From: Candidatus Alloscillospira gallinarum
GTDB lineage: Bacteria > Bacillota > Clostridia > Oscillospirales > Oscillospiraceae
Direction: 5' to 3'
Length of the DNA: 44,146 bases
Assembly (NCBI GenBank): GCA_904420055.1
Contig: CAJFTV010000087.1
Location: 1-44,146 of the forward strand
A program made the translations under genes and the position numbers. The notes under the pieces are model-generated. The model saw only the letters and a program-made list of their open reading frames with translations, was not told where the DNA came from and made no database searches. This document shows, piece after piece, positions 8,991-17,722 of the stretch (positions are counted from its first letter, which is position 1; the number at the start of each line of letters is the position of its first letter).

Positions 8991-9380
8991 TCACGTATTT
9001 TCGCTCCTGTATTTTTTCACCATATAGGAAAATGTAGAGAGCGGCACCTCCAGCACCTTTGCACACTCTCTGGCCGTTATATTGCCCGCCTGGTACGCCT
9101 TGTAAATTTTTTCAAATCCCGGGGGCAGCTGCTTTTTCGGGCGCCCCAAGGTTTTTCCCTTTGCCCGGGCCGCCTCTATCCCCTGCCGCTGTATTTTTTT
9201 GAAATTTTCCTTCCCCTCGGCCGCAAGCTCTGTTATAACGTCACATACAATGGACGTAATTATGTCTTCACTGTCTGCCGCCGCAAGGTCTATATTCCCG
9301 ATGCCGTTTTCCCTAAAATACTTTTTTACGCTTTCACGTACCTGCTCCTCTGTCACGTTTTCCAACTGGTTGTACAGCAT
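8991..9380 (-). CDS. Small DNA-binding protein with a resolvase/invertase-type C-terminal HTH but no recombinase catalytic domain
   Basis: RQGIEAARAKGKTLGRPKK followed by ITARECAKVLEVPLSTFSYMVKKY resembles the E-helix end, GRPK linker and HTH_7 of serine recombinases. The roughly 60-aa N-terminus has none of the catalytic Ser region. I place the start at ATG 9380 (AAGGGGA RBS 7 nt upstream) rather than the upstream GTG at 9419. Confidence 0.6.
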   Translation of the reverse strand: MLYNQLENVTEEQVRESVKKYFRENGIGNIDLAAADSEDIITSIVCDVITELAAEGKENFKKIQRQGIEAARAKGKTLGRPKKQLPPGFEKIYKAYQAGNITARECAKVLEVPLSTFSYMVKKYRSENT

Positions 9381-9602
9381 ATTCCTATCCCCTTTTAGAA
9401 ATTTACTCCTTACAAACACTGCATTTTCTAAAAATAAAAACGGCCGCCTTATTCGGGCTGTTTTCCCGGCGGTCTTGTCAATATGTGCAGAGCAACTGTA
9501 AAAGCAGATAAAAACCTTAAAAAACGCTTTTCAGGCATTATAATAAATTCAAATATATTTTTAATATATACCTGATTTTCTTTCTGTAGTAAACGATTAT
9601 TC

Positions 9603-9698
9603 AGACTTTCTCGTTCAACTGATTTTTGGTATTTTTCAGGTCATTTTTCTGCAAAACAATTCCTAAAAAGAATATATCACATAGGAACGAGAAAGTCT
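9603..9698. repeat. Perfect 14-bp inverted repeat with a 68-bp AT-rich spacer
   Basis: AGACTTTCTCGTTC (9603-9616) is the exact reverse complement of GAACGAGAAAGTCT (9685-9698). It lies in the non-coding gap between the HTH gene and ahcY. Confidence 0.9.
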
Positions 9699-9699
9699 A
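9671..9699 (-). promoter_or_regulatory. Candidate promoter reading toward the HTH gene, overlapping the right repeat arm
   Basis: Minus strand: -35 TAGACT (9699-9694, inside the repeat arm), a 17-nt spacer, and extended -10 TGaTATATT (-10 at 9676-9671). Confidence 0.35.
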
Positions 9700-9754
9700 C
9701 ATTTTCCGGACCTTTTCCTATTCTTCAAATATTTTCCAATTTTCTCATAATCTG

Positions 9755-9794
9755 AAATTAAAAGCGGCGGGAAATTTATTCCCGCCGCTTTTTT
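9755..9794. terminator. Rho-independent terminator at the end of ahcY (usable in both directions)
   Basis: Stem GCGGCGGG (9764-9771) pairs with CCCGCCGC (9781-9788). On the minus strand it is followed by UUUUAAUUU, and on the plus strand by T6. Confidence 0.85.
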
Positions 9795-11037
9795 AAAGCT
9801 GCCAGCTTGCAAGATATTTTTTCTGCTCTTCTGTAAGGCTGTCGATTGAAAGTCCGCAGGAGGCGAGCTTTCTCCGGGATACTTCGTCGTCTATCTCCTC
9901 CGGAACCGCGATTACCCCCGGCTTTAAGGTGTCACGGTTTTTAGCCAGATACGCCGCAGACAGGGCCTGAATTGCAAAGCTCATGTCCATAATCTCCGCC
10001 GGGTGACCATCTCCGGAGGCCAGATTTACAAGCCTGCCCTCTGCTAAAACAAACACATTTCTGCCGTTTTCCAGCTCATATCCCATAATATTGGGTTTTT
10101 GAGGGAAGCTGCGCACCGCGTTTTTCTCCAGCCAGTCCACGTCTACCTCCACGTTAAAGTGTCCGGCATTGCACATAATAGCACCGTCTTTCATGAGGCC
10201 GAAATGTTTTTCCGTAATTACATCCCTGCAGCCGGTGGAGGTTATAAACAGGTCTCCGACCTTTGCCGCCTCTTCCATTGTCATTACGTCAAAGCCGTCC
10301 ATCATGGCCTCCAGCGCCTTTACCGGGTCAACCTCCGTCACAATGACGCGGGCGCCGAAGCCCTTGGCCCTCATTGAAATTCCCTTTCCGCACCAGCCGT
10401 ATCCTGCCACAACAACGTGTTTTCCGGCAACTATCAAATTTGTGGTCCTGTTTATGCCGTCCCATACGGACTGTCCTGTGCCGTACCTGTTGTCAAACAG
10501 GTATTTGCACCTGGCGTTGTTCACGGTTATCATGGGAAATTTAAGCTCTCCGGCTGAGGCCATGGAGTTTAAACGTATAACACCGGTTGTAGTCTCCTCG
10601 CACCCGCCTATTACATTGGGAATGAGGTGAGTAAGCTTTGTGTGCATTATATTTACCAGATCTCCGCCGTCGTCAATTATTATATTGGGTCCGACGCTGA
10701 GTACATTTGTAAGGTGCCTTTCATATTCCTCCGGAGTGGCCGCATGCCAGGCGTTCACGTCCATTCCACGTGAGGCAAGAGCCGCCGCAACATCGTCCTG
10801 GGTGGACAGCGGATTGCAGCCGGTGACGTGCATCTCCGCGCCCCCCGCCTCCATAACCCGGCAGAGGTATGCTGTTTTTGCCTCCATATGTACAGAGAGG
10901 GCCACCTTCAGTCCGCGAAACGGCTTTATCTTTTCAAAATCGGCCTTTATACCGTTTAAAAGCGGCATATTGCGCTCTACCCACTCTATTTTCTTCTCAC
11001 CTGACGGCGCCAAACTCAAATCTCTGACTTCGCTCAT
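9793..11037 (-). CDS. ahcY: Adenosylhomocysteinase-family hydrolase (short, about 414-aa archaeal/Thermotoga-type)
   Basis: 414 aa with AhcY motifs GCNPLSTQDDVAAAL, IIDDGGDL, ETTTGV and an NAD-binding GYGWCGKG fold. Its ATG overlaps the mtaD stop (ATGA). Confidence 0.92.
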   Translation of the reverse strand: MSEVRDLSLAPSGEKKIEWVERNMPLLNGIKADFEKIKPFRGLKVALSVHMEAKTAYLCRVMEAGGAEMHVTGCNPLSTQDDVAAALASRGMDVNAWHAATPEEYERHLTNVLSVGPNIIIDDGGDLVNIMHTKLTHLIPNVIGGCEETTTGVIRLNSMASAGELKFPMITVNNARCKYLFDNRYGTGQSVWDGINRTTNLIVAGKHVVVAGYGWCGKGISMRAKGFGARVIVTEVDPVKALEAMMDGFDVMTMEEAAKVGDLFITSTGCRDVITEKHFGLMKDGAIMCNAGHFNVEVDVDWLEKNAVRSFPQKPNIMGYELENGRNVFVLAEGRLVNLASGDGHPAEIMDMSFAIQALSAAYLAKNRDTLKPGVIAVPEEIDDEVSRRKLASCGLSIDSLTEEQKKYLASWQL

Positions 11038-12311
11038 CTCGTACCAAGCCTTTCACAAATTTTTTCCACTCTGGCGTAGATTTCCTCCACGTCCACATTT
11101 ACTGCCCTGCCCTTTTCCACGGTGACATTTCCGTTTACTATGACGGTGTCCGTCTCGTATCCCGTAGCCGAGTAGCACAGTGCGGCAACAGGGTCGTTTA
11201 CCGGGCGCATATTTGGCCTGTCAAGGTCAATCAGCACAAGGTCCGCCTTATACCCGGCCTTTATCTCTCCCACTTTTTCAAGGCACAGCGCCTTTGCGCC
11301 GTTTACAGTGGCCATCTCAATACCCTCACGCGCGGTTACGGCCATGGGGTCGTGCTCTGTCCCCTTGTGTATAAGCGTGAGCACCCCCAAATCCCGGAAC
11401 ATGTTCAGGGCGTTGTTTGAGGAGGCGCCGTCCGTCCCCAGGCAGACATTTATGCCCGCCTTTACAAATTTTCCAACCGGCGCGACGCCGTTTGCAAGCT
11501 TTAAATTGCTTATTGGATTTGTGGCAACGGACACACCGCGCCGGGCCATAAGCGCAATATCCTCATCAGTTGCATATACGCAGTGGGCCGCTACCGTCCT
11601 GTCGGTTAAAAGCCCGCACCTGTCTGCCAGAGCAATAGGAGTACAGCCGTACTGCTTCATGGCGTTCTCCACCTCATTTTTAGACTCCGAGAGGTGTATG
11701 GAAACCGGCAGACCGTACTCTTCCGCCGCTTGGGCGGCCTCGCGCATATACGCCTCGTCACAGGAATATGGGGCGTGGGGGCCTATCGCAAAGGACAGCG
11801 TCTCGCGGTCCTTCCAGGTATTGTACAGGGAAATCGCCTGGCCGAGGCGGGGGTTTGAGCCATGGCCGTCGTCCGGCGAGCCGGAAAGTCCCCTTGACAG
11901 CACTGCCCTTATGCCCGTGTCCAGTGCCGCCTGAGCCGCCTCGTCCATGAACATGCCCATGTCATAATAGCTCGTGGTGCCGGTCTGCATCATCTCCACA
12001 CACGCCAGCTTGCTGGCCCAGTAGCAGTCGTCCCCGGTGAGCCTGTCCTCAATTGGCATTATCTTGCCAAAGAGCCAGTCGTCAAAAGAGCGGTCATCCG
12101 CGCAGTTGCGGAAAACCGTCATATATGCGTGGCTGTGGGCATTTACAAGCCCGGGAATTAAAAACTTTCCTGACCCTGATATCACCTTGTCGGCCCGAAA
12201 TTCCTCCGGCAGAGTATCAATGCTCTCAATCCTGCCGTCACGGATATACACTGTCGCCGTCTTTACCCCTTCAGGGAGAAGCGTCAGCGCATTTTCTATA
12301 GCTATATTCAT
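11034..12311 (-). CDS. mtaD: 5-methylthioadenosine/S-adenosylhomocysteine deaminase (amidohydrolase superfamily)
   Basis: 425 aa with the metal-binding motif NAHSHAYMT. The block DRSFDDWLFGKIMPIEDRLT closely resembles my recollection of the Thermotoga Tm0936-type SAH/MTA deaminase. Confidence 0.82.
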   Translation of the reverse strand: MNIAIENALTLLPEGVKTATVYIRDGRIESIDTLPEEFRADKVISGSGKFLIPGLVNAHSHAYMTVFRNCADDRSFDDWLFGKIMPIEDRLTGDDCYWASKLACVEMMQTGTTSYYDMGMFMDEAAQAALDTGIRAVLSRGLSGSPDDGHGSNPRLGQAISLYNTWKDRETLSFAIGPHAPYSCDEAYMREAAQAAEEYGLPVSIHLSESKNEVENAMKQYGCTPIALADRCGLLTDRTVAAHCVYATDEDIALMARRGVSVATNPISNLKLANGVAPVGKFVKAGINVCLGTDGASSNNALNMFRDLGVLTLIHKGTEHDPMAVTAREGIEMATVNGAKALCLEKVGEIKAGYKADLVLIDLDRPNMRPVNDPVAALCYSATGYETDTVIVNGNVTVEKGRAVNVDVEEIYARVEKICERLGTR

Positions 12312-12356
12312 AAAATTCCTCCGTATTTATGTACTTTTATGATTGTAACATAGAAG

Positions 12357-13223
12357 CTAATCCCATTGCAACAATGCCCCAGACAAAATACCCGCGATAA
12401 AGTCAGCCACGCCGTCCTCTTCTCCCGTGCCTATCAAAAGCTTTGCCGCGGCAATGCATTTTTCCGTCCCGTCCCTCACTGCGGCTCCAAGTCCGGCCAG
12501 CCGCAGCATATCCGCGTCGTTGTCCGCGTTGCCGCAGGCCGCCGTCTCCCGCCACGTACAGCCTAAAATCTTCTGGATATATTCCACCCCGTTTGCCTTG
12601 CCGGAACGGGCGCTCGAAATCTCAATGAGATACGGAACCGAACTTGTGAGATAACTTCCCTCCATATCCCGGCGGAGGTTTTCCTCCATCTGCAAAAGGA
12701 GCTGCCTCTCCCGGCATACGATGTCAACTGCGTCAAGCTTATCTATATTTTCCAATATGAGCTTTTTAATGTCGTCAACCGGTATTCTGGTATGCTGGAC
12801 ATAGTATACCGCGCTCTCACGGGAGTATCTGGCCGGGTCACTCACATACCGGCTTTCACCGTAGGCCAATCCGTCTATAAACACCTCAAGGCACACATTT
12901 TCCCGGCCCTTCACCTCTTGTAGCACGCGCATCACCTCGGCGCTGTCTACCGTGCTTGAGTAAACCCGCTCCCCGGTTTTTGTGCGGCACACCGCCGCCC
13001 CGTTGGAGGTAATTGCGTAATGTATACACTCCATCTCTCTTATCTCCCGGGGAAGAGTGGAAAACGCCCGCCCGGTGGCCGGCACGACCTCAATCCCCGC
13101 CGCCGCGGCCCGGTAAATGGCCCTTGCTGTTCTCTCGCCTAATGTCCCGTCCGGCCGCAGTGTTGTTCCGTCCAAATCCAGCGCCAGAAGCTTTATATCC
13201 CTGCCGCTATCTGATGCTCTCAA
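12357..13223 (-). CDS. Cof-type HAD-IIB family hydrolase (sugar-phosphate phosphatase-like)
   Basis: It has the HAD motif I LALDLDGTTL, the C-terminal GNADNDADML motif and a cap region. I prefer the TTG start at 13223 (GGAGGGG RBS 5 nt upstream). The tracked ATG at 13301 would overlap ruvX by 95 nt. Confidence 0.78.
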   Translation of the reverse strand: MRASDSGRDIKLLALDLDGTTLRPDGTLGERTARAIYRAAAAGIEVVPATGRAFSTLPREIREMECIHYAITSNGAAVCRTKTGERVYSSTVDSAEVMRVLQEVKGRENVCLEVFIDGLAYGESRYVSDPARYSRESAVYYVQHTRIPVDDIKKLILENIDKLDAVDIVCRERQLLLQMEENLRRDMEGSYLTSSVPYLIEISSARSGKANGVEYIQKILGCTWRETAACGNADNDADMLRLAGLGAAVRDGTEKCIAAAKLLIGTGEEDGVADFIAGILSGALLQWD

Positions 13224-13617
13224 GATACCCCTCCAGTATAAGTGACGCCGCCACGGCGTCCACCGTTTTTTTTCGCTTTTTGCCGTTTTTTCCGCTCTCA
13301 AAAAGTATTCTGTGGGCGTCTACCGTTGTACGCCGCTCGTCCCACATTATAACTTCAAGCCCCGTCTTTTCCCTCAAAAGCTGTCCAAAAGCGGTACACT
13401 TTTCCGCACGCTCCCCAAGGCTTCCGTCCATATTTTTCGGAAGTCCAAGGACTATTGTGCCTACTTCCCTGCTCCTTGCCTCCCGGGCAATCTCCTCCGC
13501 AACTGTCTCCGGCTTCCAGCTCTCTATGACAAAGGCGTCGCCGGTCATAAAATTCATCATGTCAGACACGGCGATACCCGTTCTGGCGTCGCCGTAGTCA
13601 ACTCCCATAATTCTCAC
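13207..13617 (-). CDS. ruvX: Holliday-junction resolvase-like nuclease RuvX (YqgF)
   Basis: 136 aa. The N-terminus MRIMGVDYGDARTGIAVSD matches the YqgF/YrrK family. The GTG start overlaps the upstream stop (GTGA), with an AAGGAGAG RBS 6 nt upstream. Confidence 0.9.
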   Translation of the reverse strand: MRIMGVDYGDARTGIAVSDMMNFMTGDAFVIESWKPETVAEEIAREARSREVGTIVLGLPKNMDGSLGERAEKCTAFGQLLREKTGLEVIMWDERRTTVDAHRILFESGKNGKKRKKTVDAVAASLILEGYLESIR

Positions 13618-15203
13618 TTTTTACTCTCCTTTTCCCGGCATACGCTCTCCGCTGCCTTTATTCCGTCCACCGCCGCGGACATAATTCCCCCGGCGTAGCC
13701 CGCGCCCTCACCGCCGGGATAGAGCCCGGGCATACTCACAGACTGAAAGTCCTCTCCGCGGTCAATCCTCACAGGGCTTGAGCTGCGGCTCTCCACGCAG
13801 GTCAGTACCGCCTCCGGGCTGTCAAAGCCCCGGACCTTGCCGCCCATCATTGGAATTGCCAGACGCAGGCTCTCGCAGATAAACTCCGGCAGCACCTCCC
13901 AGAGATTGCACCAGCGCACCCCTGGCCTGTATGCAGGCAGGACGCTGCCAGGCCCTTTTGAAGGGACTTTTTTAAGAAAATCCCCCACAAGCTGTGCGGG
14001 CGCACAGTAATCTTCTCCGCCGGCCATAAACGCCGAGCGCTCCATATCTCTCTGAAACCGCACGGCTTTTTTCCAGTCCCCGCCGAAGTCCTCCGGGGTG
14101 AGCGTCACCAAAAGGCCGCCGTTACAGTTTACATAATCTCTCGCATATTCGCTCATTCCATTTGTGACAACGCCACCTTTTTCCGAGGCGGCGGCCACTA
14201 CCTTTCCGCCGGGGCAGACACAGAAGGTGTACACCGTGCGCCCGTTTTCAAGGTGCACCGCCAGCTTGTAGTCTGACGCCGGCAGGGTGCCGTAATCGGC
14301 GGCTTTACCGTACTGGGCCATGTCAATGTCCCTCTGCAAATGCTCAATGCGGACACCGGCGGAAAAACTCTTGCAGGAGAGCTTGACCCCAAGCCTGTCC
14401 AGCATGTCAAAGGTGTCACGGGCGGAGTTTCCCGGAAACAGCAGTATGCTGTCTGTCATAACTGTGCGCTCCTCCCCGTTCTTTGACACCCGGCAGCCGT
14501 GCACAGCGCCGTTTTCCGTCACAATGTCCGTCACTTTGGAGGAAAACTCCACCCTGCCGCCAAGGCGCACAATTTCCCGGCGCATATTTGAAACAACGTC
14601 CCGGAGCCTGTCGGTGCCGATGTGGGGCTTTTTGAGATAGGCGATGTCCTCAGGCGCGCCGAACTTTATAAATGTGTCATTTACAAACGGTATGCGCATA
14701 TCCTTTATTCCCGTCGTCAGTTTTCCGTCGGAAAATGTACCGGCGCCGCCTTCTCCAAACTGTACGTTTGACATTTCAGAGAGCCCGCCGCCGCTCCAGA
14801 AGCGTTCTACTGTTTTAGTGCGGGAGTAAACATCCTCCCCCTGTTCAAAAACAACCGGCTTTGCGCCGGCAAGGCACAGGCAGTACGCGGCAAACATACC
14901 GGCGGGGCCAAAACCGACAATAACGGGGTCTTTCTCACCTTTTCCCCATTTATACGGGAACTTGTACTGCTTCTTCTCCGCAAATTTCTCCGTCCCGCGG
15001 CACTTTTTCAGGACACGCGCCTCGTCCGCCGCGCTGAATGCGACGGAATAGACAAGTCGCACGTCCTGCTTGTCCCTGGCGTCCACAGATTTTTTAAGTA
15101 TTTTCCACCCCGTAACCCGGCAGCCGCATTTTTCCGACACGGTGCTCCACAGCGCCGCCTCTCCCGCTTTTGCCGGAACGGATATATTATTCAGCTTAAT
15201 CAT
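13614..15203 (-). CDS. FAD-dependent protein of unknown function (COG2509-like NAD(P)/FAD oxidoreductase)
   Basis: It has a dinucleotide-binding VIVGFGPAGMFAA motif and a C-terminal GEGAGYAGGI motif typical of this uncharacterised family. I set the start to ATG 15203 because the RBS spacing is better than for the TTG at 15212. Confidence 0.78.
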   Translation of the reverse strand: MIKLNNISVPAKAGEAALWSTVSEKCGCRVTGWKILKKSVDARDKQDVRLVYSVAFSAADEARVLKKCRGTEKFAEKKQYKFPYKWGKGEKDPVIVGFGPAGMFAAYCLCLAGAKPVVFEQGEDVYSRTKTVERFWSGGGLSEMSNVQFGEGGAGTFSDGKLTTGIKDMRIPFVNDTFIKFGAPEDIAYLKKPHIGTDRLRDVVSNMRREIVRLGGRVEFSSKVTDIVTENGAVHGCRVSKNGEERTVMTDSILLFPGNSARDTFDMLDRLGVKLSCKSFSAGVRIEHLQRDIDMAQYGKAADYGTLPASDYKLAVHLENGRTVYTFCVCPGGKVVAAASEKGGVVTNGMSEYARDYVNCNGGLLVTLTPEDFGGDWKKAVRFQRDMERSAFMAGGEDYCAPAQLVGDFLKKVPSKGPGSVLPAYRPGVRWCNLWEVLPEFICESLRLAIPMMGGKVRGFDSPEAVLTCVESRSSSPVRIDRGEDFQSVSMPGLYPGGEGAGYAGGIMSAAVDGIKAAESVCREKESKK

Positions 15204-15288
15204 CAGGCACAACCTTCTTTATAAATCACCAATAATTCTACCATCTTTGTTCCCCGCAGACAAGAAGCGGAAAGGGCTAATTTCGCCG

Positions 15289-15317
15289 TTTACAAATTTA
15301 TCCACGGGTGATATTAT
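15289..15317 (+). promoter_or_regulatory. Candidate sigma-A promoter of the prfA operon
   Basis: -35 TTTACA (15289-15294), a 17-nt spacer, and extended -10 TGaTATTAT (15312-15317). Confidence 0.5.
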
Positions 15318-15391
15318 AATATGTTAGTGGAGAGGGGGTAAACCGCCCCATATTTCCGCAATATAACGCGGTGTAAAACGGAGGCATTTGA

Positions 15392-16459
15392 ATGCTTGAA
15401 AAGCTTAAAGCCATTGCAGATAAATATGAGGAATTAAACGAAAAAATCCAGTCCCCGGAGGTGTACTCCGACCCGGCGGCCTACGCACGCCTTGCAAAAG
15501 AGATGAAAGAGATAGCCCCTGTTGTAGAGGCATACCGCCGCTATACAAAGTATGAAAACGACGCCCGCGGCGCGTATGAGCTTCTCTCCGACCCCGATTT
15601 TAAGGACATGGCGCAGGAGGAATACGAGGAAGCGAAAAAGAACATGGAAAAAACAGAGGAGGAGATAAAAATACTTCTCCTGCCCCGGGACCCAAATGAC
15701 AGCAAAAACGTCATTGTGGAAATACGCGGCGGCGCAGGAGGCGAGGAGGCGGCCCTTTTCGCCCACAGCCTGTACCGCATGTACACCATGTATGCAGAGG
15801 CACGGCGCTGGAAGTCGGAAATTGCAAACATAAATGAGACGGAGCTGGGCGGAATTAAGGAGGTCAGCTTTGTAATCGAAGGGGACGGCGCTTATTCCCG
15901 CTTAAAATTTGAAAGCGGCGTCCACCGGGTACAGCGCGTGCCGGAGACCGAGGCCTCCGGCCGGATACACACCAGCACCGTCACCGTTGCCGTCCTGCCG
16001 GAGGTCGAAGAGGTGGATTTTCAGATTAACCCCGCCGACCTTCAGATTGACACCTTCCGCTCCTCAGGCGCGGGAGGCCAGCATGTAAACAAGACGGAGT
16101 CCGCCATAAGGATAACCCATCTTCCCACCGGCACGGTAGTGGAGTGTCAGGACGAGCGCAGCCAGCATAAAAACAGGGAGCGGGCCATGAAAATTCTCGC
16201 CTCCCGCCTTTACGATGCGGAACTGCAAAAACAGAACGCCGCCCTTGCCGCGGAGCGTAAGAGCCAGGTGGGCACCGGCGACCGCTCCGAGAGGATACGC
16301 ACCTACAATTATCCACAGGGCAGGGTGACGGACCACAGAATCGGCCTAACCCTCTATAAGCTGGAGCAGGTCTTAAACGGCGATTTGGACGAGATAATAG
16401 ACGCGCTCATAATGGCCGACCAGGCTGAAAAGCTTAAGGCCACGGAGGGCGAAGATTAA
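15392..16459 (+). CDS. prfA: Peptide chain release factor 1
   Basis: 355 aa with the GGQ motif ([23 protein letters not shown]) and an RF1-type tripeptide region (RVPETE). There is no RF2-type frameshift site. Confidence 0.95.
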   Translation: MLEKLKAIADKYEELNEKIQSPEVYSDPAAYARLAKEMKEIAPVVEAYRRYTKYENDARGAYELLSDPDFKDMAQEEYEEAKKNMEKTEEEIKILLLPRDPNDSKNVIVEIRGGAGGEEAALFAHSLYRMYTMYAEARRWKSEIANINETELGGIKEVSFVIEGDGAYSRLKFESGVHRVQRVPETEASGRIHTSTVTVAVLPEVEEVDFQINPADLQIDTFRSSGAGGQHVNKTESAIRITHLPTGTVVECQDERSQHKNRERAMKILASRLYDAELQKQNAALAAERKSQVGTGDRSERIRTYNYPQGRVTDHRIGLTLYKLEQVLNGDLDEIIDALIMADQAEKLKATEGED

Positions 16460-16496
16460 TACACGTGCTTAAAGCATCAAATTGGGGGTATACTTA

Positions 16497-17126
16497 ATGA
16501 AAACCCTTATAATCAGCGGCGAGGACATGTCGCCTGCCCGGGAGATTATTCTCCGGGGCGGACTGGTGGCGGTGCCCACCGAGACGGTGTACGGCCTTGC
16601 GGCCAACGGCCTCGACGAAAGCGCGGTGGAAGGGATATACCGGGTCAAGGGCCGCCCGGAGACAAAGCCGATAAACCTTCTAATCCCGGATATGAAATCG
16701 GCTGAAAAATTCTGCCGGGACATATCCTCTATGGCCTACACTCTCGCCGAGAAGTTCTGGCCCGGCCCGCTTACAATGATATTTAAAAAGAGCGGTACTG
16801 TGCCTGACATTGTGACAGCCGGAGGCAAAACCGTCGGCGTCCGGTGTCCTGACCACAAAAAAACACTTAGCCTTTTAAGGCTCTGCGGCGTTCCCCTTGC
16901 AACGCCATCGGCAAATATCTCCGGCATGCCAAGCCCTAAGACATTGGGCGACGTGCTTGCCTACTTCGACGGTAAAATAGAAGCCGCCGTTGACGGCGGA
17001 AAATGCCGCGTGGGGGTTGAGTCCACCATTCTGGACATGACCGTCTCCCCGCCGCGCATTCTGCGTCAGGGGGGACTTAAAAAGGCCGATATTGATGCGG
17101 TGCTCGGTCTGGAGGTGAGCATATGA
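16497..17126 (+). CDS. tsaC: L-threonylcarbamoyladenylate synthase (TsaC/YrdC-type, short form)
   Basis: YrdC-fold motifs VAVPTETVYGLAANG and PLATPSANISG are present. The ATG at 16497 follows a GGGGG RBS. Confidence 0.88.
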   Translation: MKTLIISGEDMSPAREIILRGGLVAVPTETVYGLAANGLDESAVEGIYRVKGRPETKPINLLIPDMKSAEKFCRDISSMAYTLAEKFWPGPLTMIFKKSGTVPDIVTAGGKTVGVRCPDHKKTLSLLRLCGVPLATPSANISGMPSPKTLGDVLAYFDGKIEAAVDGGKCRVGVESTILDMTVSPPRILRQGGLKKADIDAVLGLEVSI

Positions 17127-17722
17127 CTGTCATAGGAATAACCGGCGGGACAGGCGCCGGCAAGACCACGGCTCTGGAGGCCATACGTGAGCTTGGCGGC
17201 ACCGTAATTGACTGTGACGCTGTCTATCATGACCTGACATTCAAAAGCCGGGACATGCTAAACGAGATAGACATGACTTTTCCCGGCGTAGTCCAGGACG
17301 GCGTGCTTCAGCGCCGGGAGCTTGGAAAAATCGTGTTTTCTAATGACACACTGCTCTTAAAGCTGAATGAAATCACCCACCGGTATGTTAAGGCAGAGGT
17401 TTCCCGTATAATTGAGGAGCAGCGCTCCGCCGGCGGGGCCATCGCCGCCATTGACGCCATTGCTCTTTTTGAAAGCGGGCTGTCCGGGCTCTGCAACTTT
17501 ACCGTGTGCATAACAGCCCCCCGTGAGATACGTGCAAGGCGCATAATGGCAAGAGAGGGGATAAGCTATGACTATGCCGTCCTGCGCATCGGCGCCCAAA
17601 AAGACGACGCGTACTTTAAAGATAAATGTACCTACACTCTCGTCAATGACTTTGACACAGCCGACGAGTTTAAAAATTTATGCAGGAAATTCTTTTCTGA
17701 GAAAGTGAGATGTGAAAAATGA
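17123..17722 (+). CDS. coaE: Dephospho-CoA kinase
   Basis: 199 aa with the P-loop GITGGTGAGKTT and CoaE-like layout. It overlaps tsaC by 4 nt. Confidence 0.9.
   Translation: MTVIGITGGTGAGKTTALEAIRELGGTVIDCDAVYHDLTFKSRDMLNEIDMTFPGVVQDGVLQRRELGKIVFSNDTLLLKLNEITHRYVKAEVSRIIEEQRSAGGAIAAIDAIALFESGLSGLCNFTVCITAPREIRARRIMAREGISYDYAVLRIGAQKDDAYFKDKCTYTLVNDFDTADEFKNLCRKFFSEKVRCEK

Noticed and set aside
8991-9419. Possible serine recombinase or mobile element.
   Set aside because: Only the HTH and linker part of a resolvase is present. There is no catalytic Ser domain, no transposase or integrase nearby, and no target-site duplication flanking the 14-bp inverted repeat. This is not a functional recombinase or intact mobile element.
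9482-9574. 30-codon plus-strand ORF (MCRATVKADKNLKKRFSGIIINSNIFLIYT) in the AT-rich gap.
   Set aside because: It has no RBS, its AT-rich codon composition is consistent with chance, and it has no supporting signals.
15392-16459. Programmed +1 frameshift in a release-factor gene.
   Set aside because: The gene is RF1 (prfA), not RF2. The ORF is uninterrupted with a normal start, so no recoding is needed.
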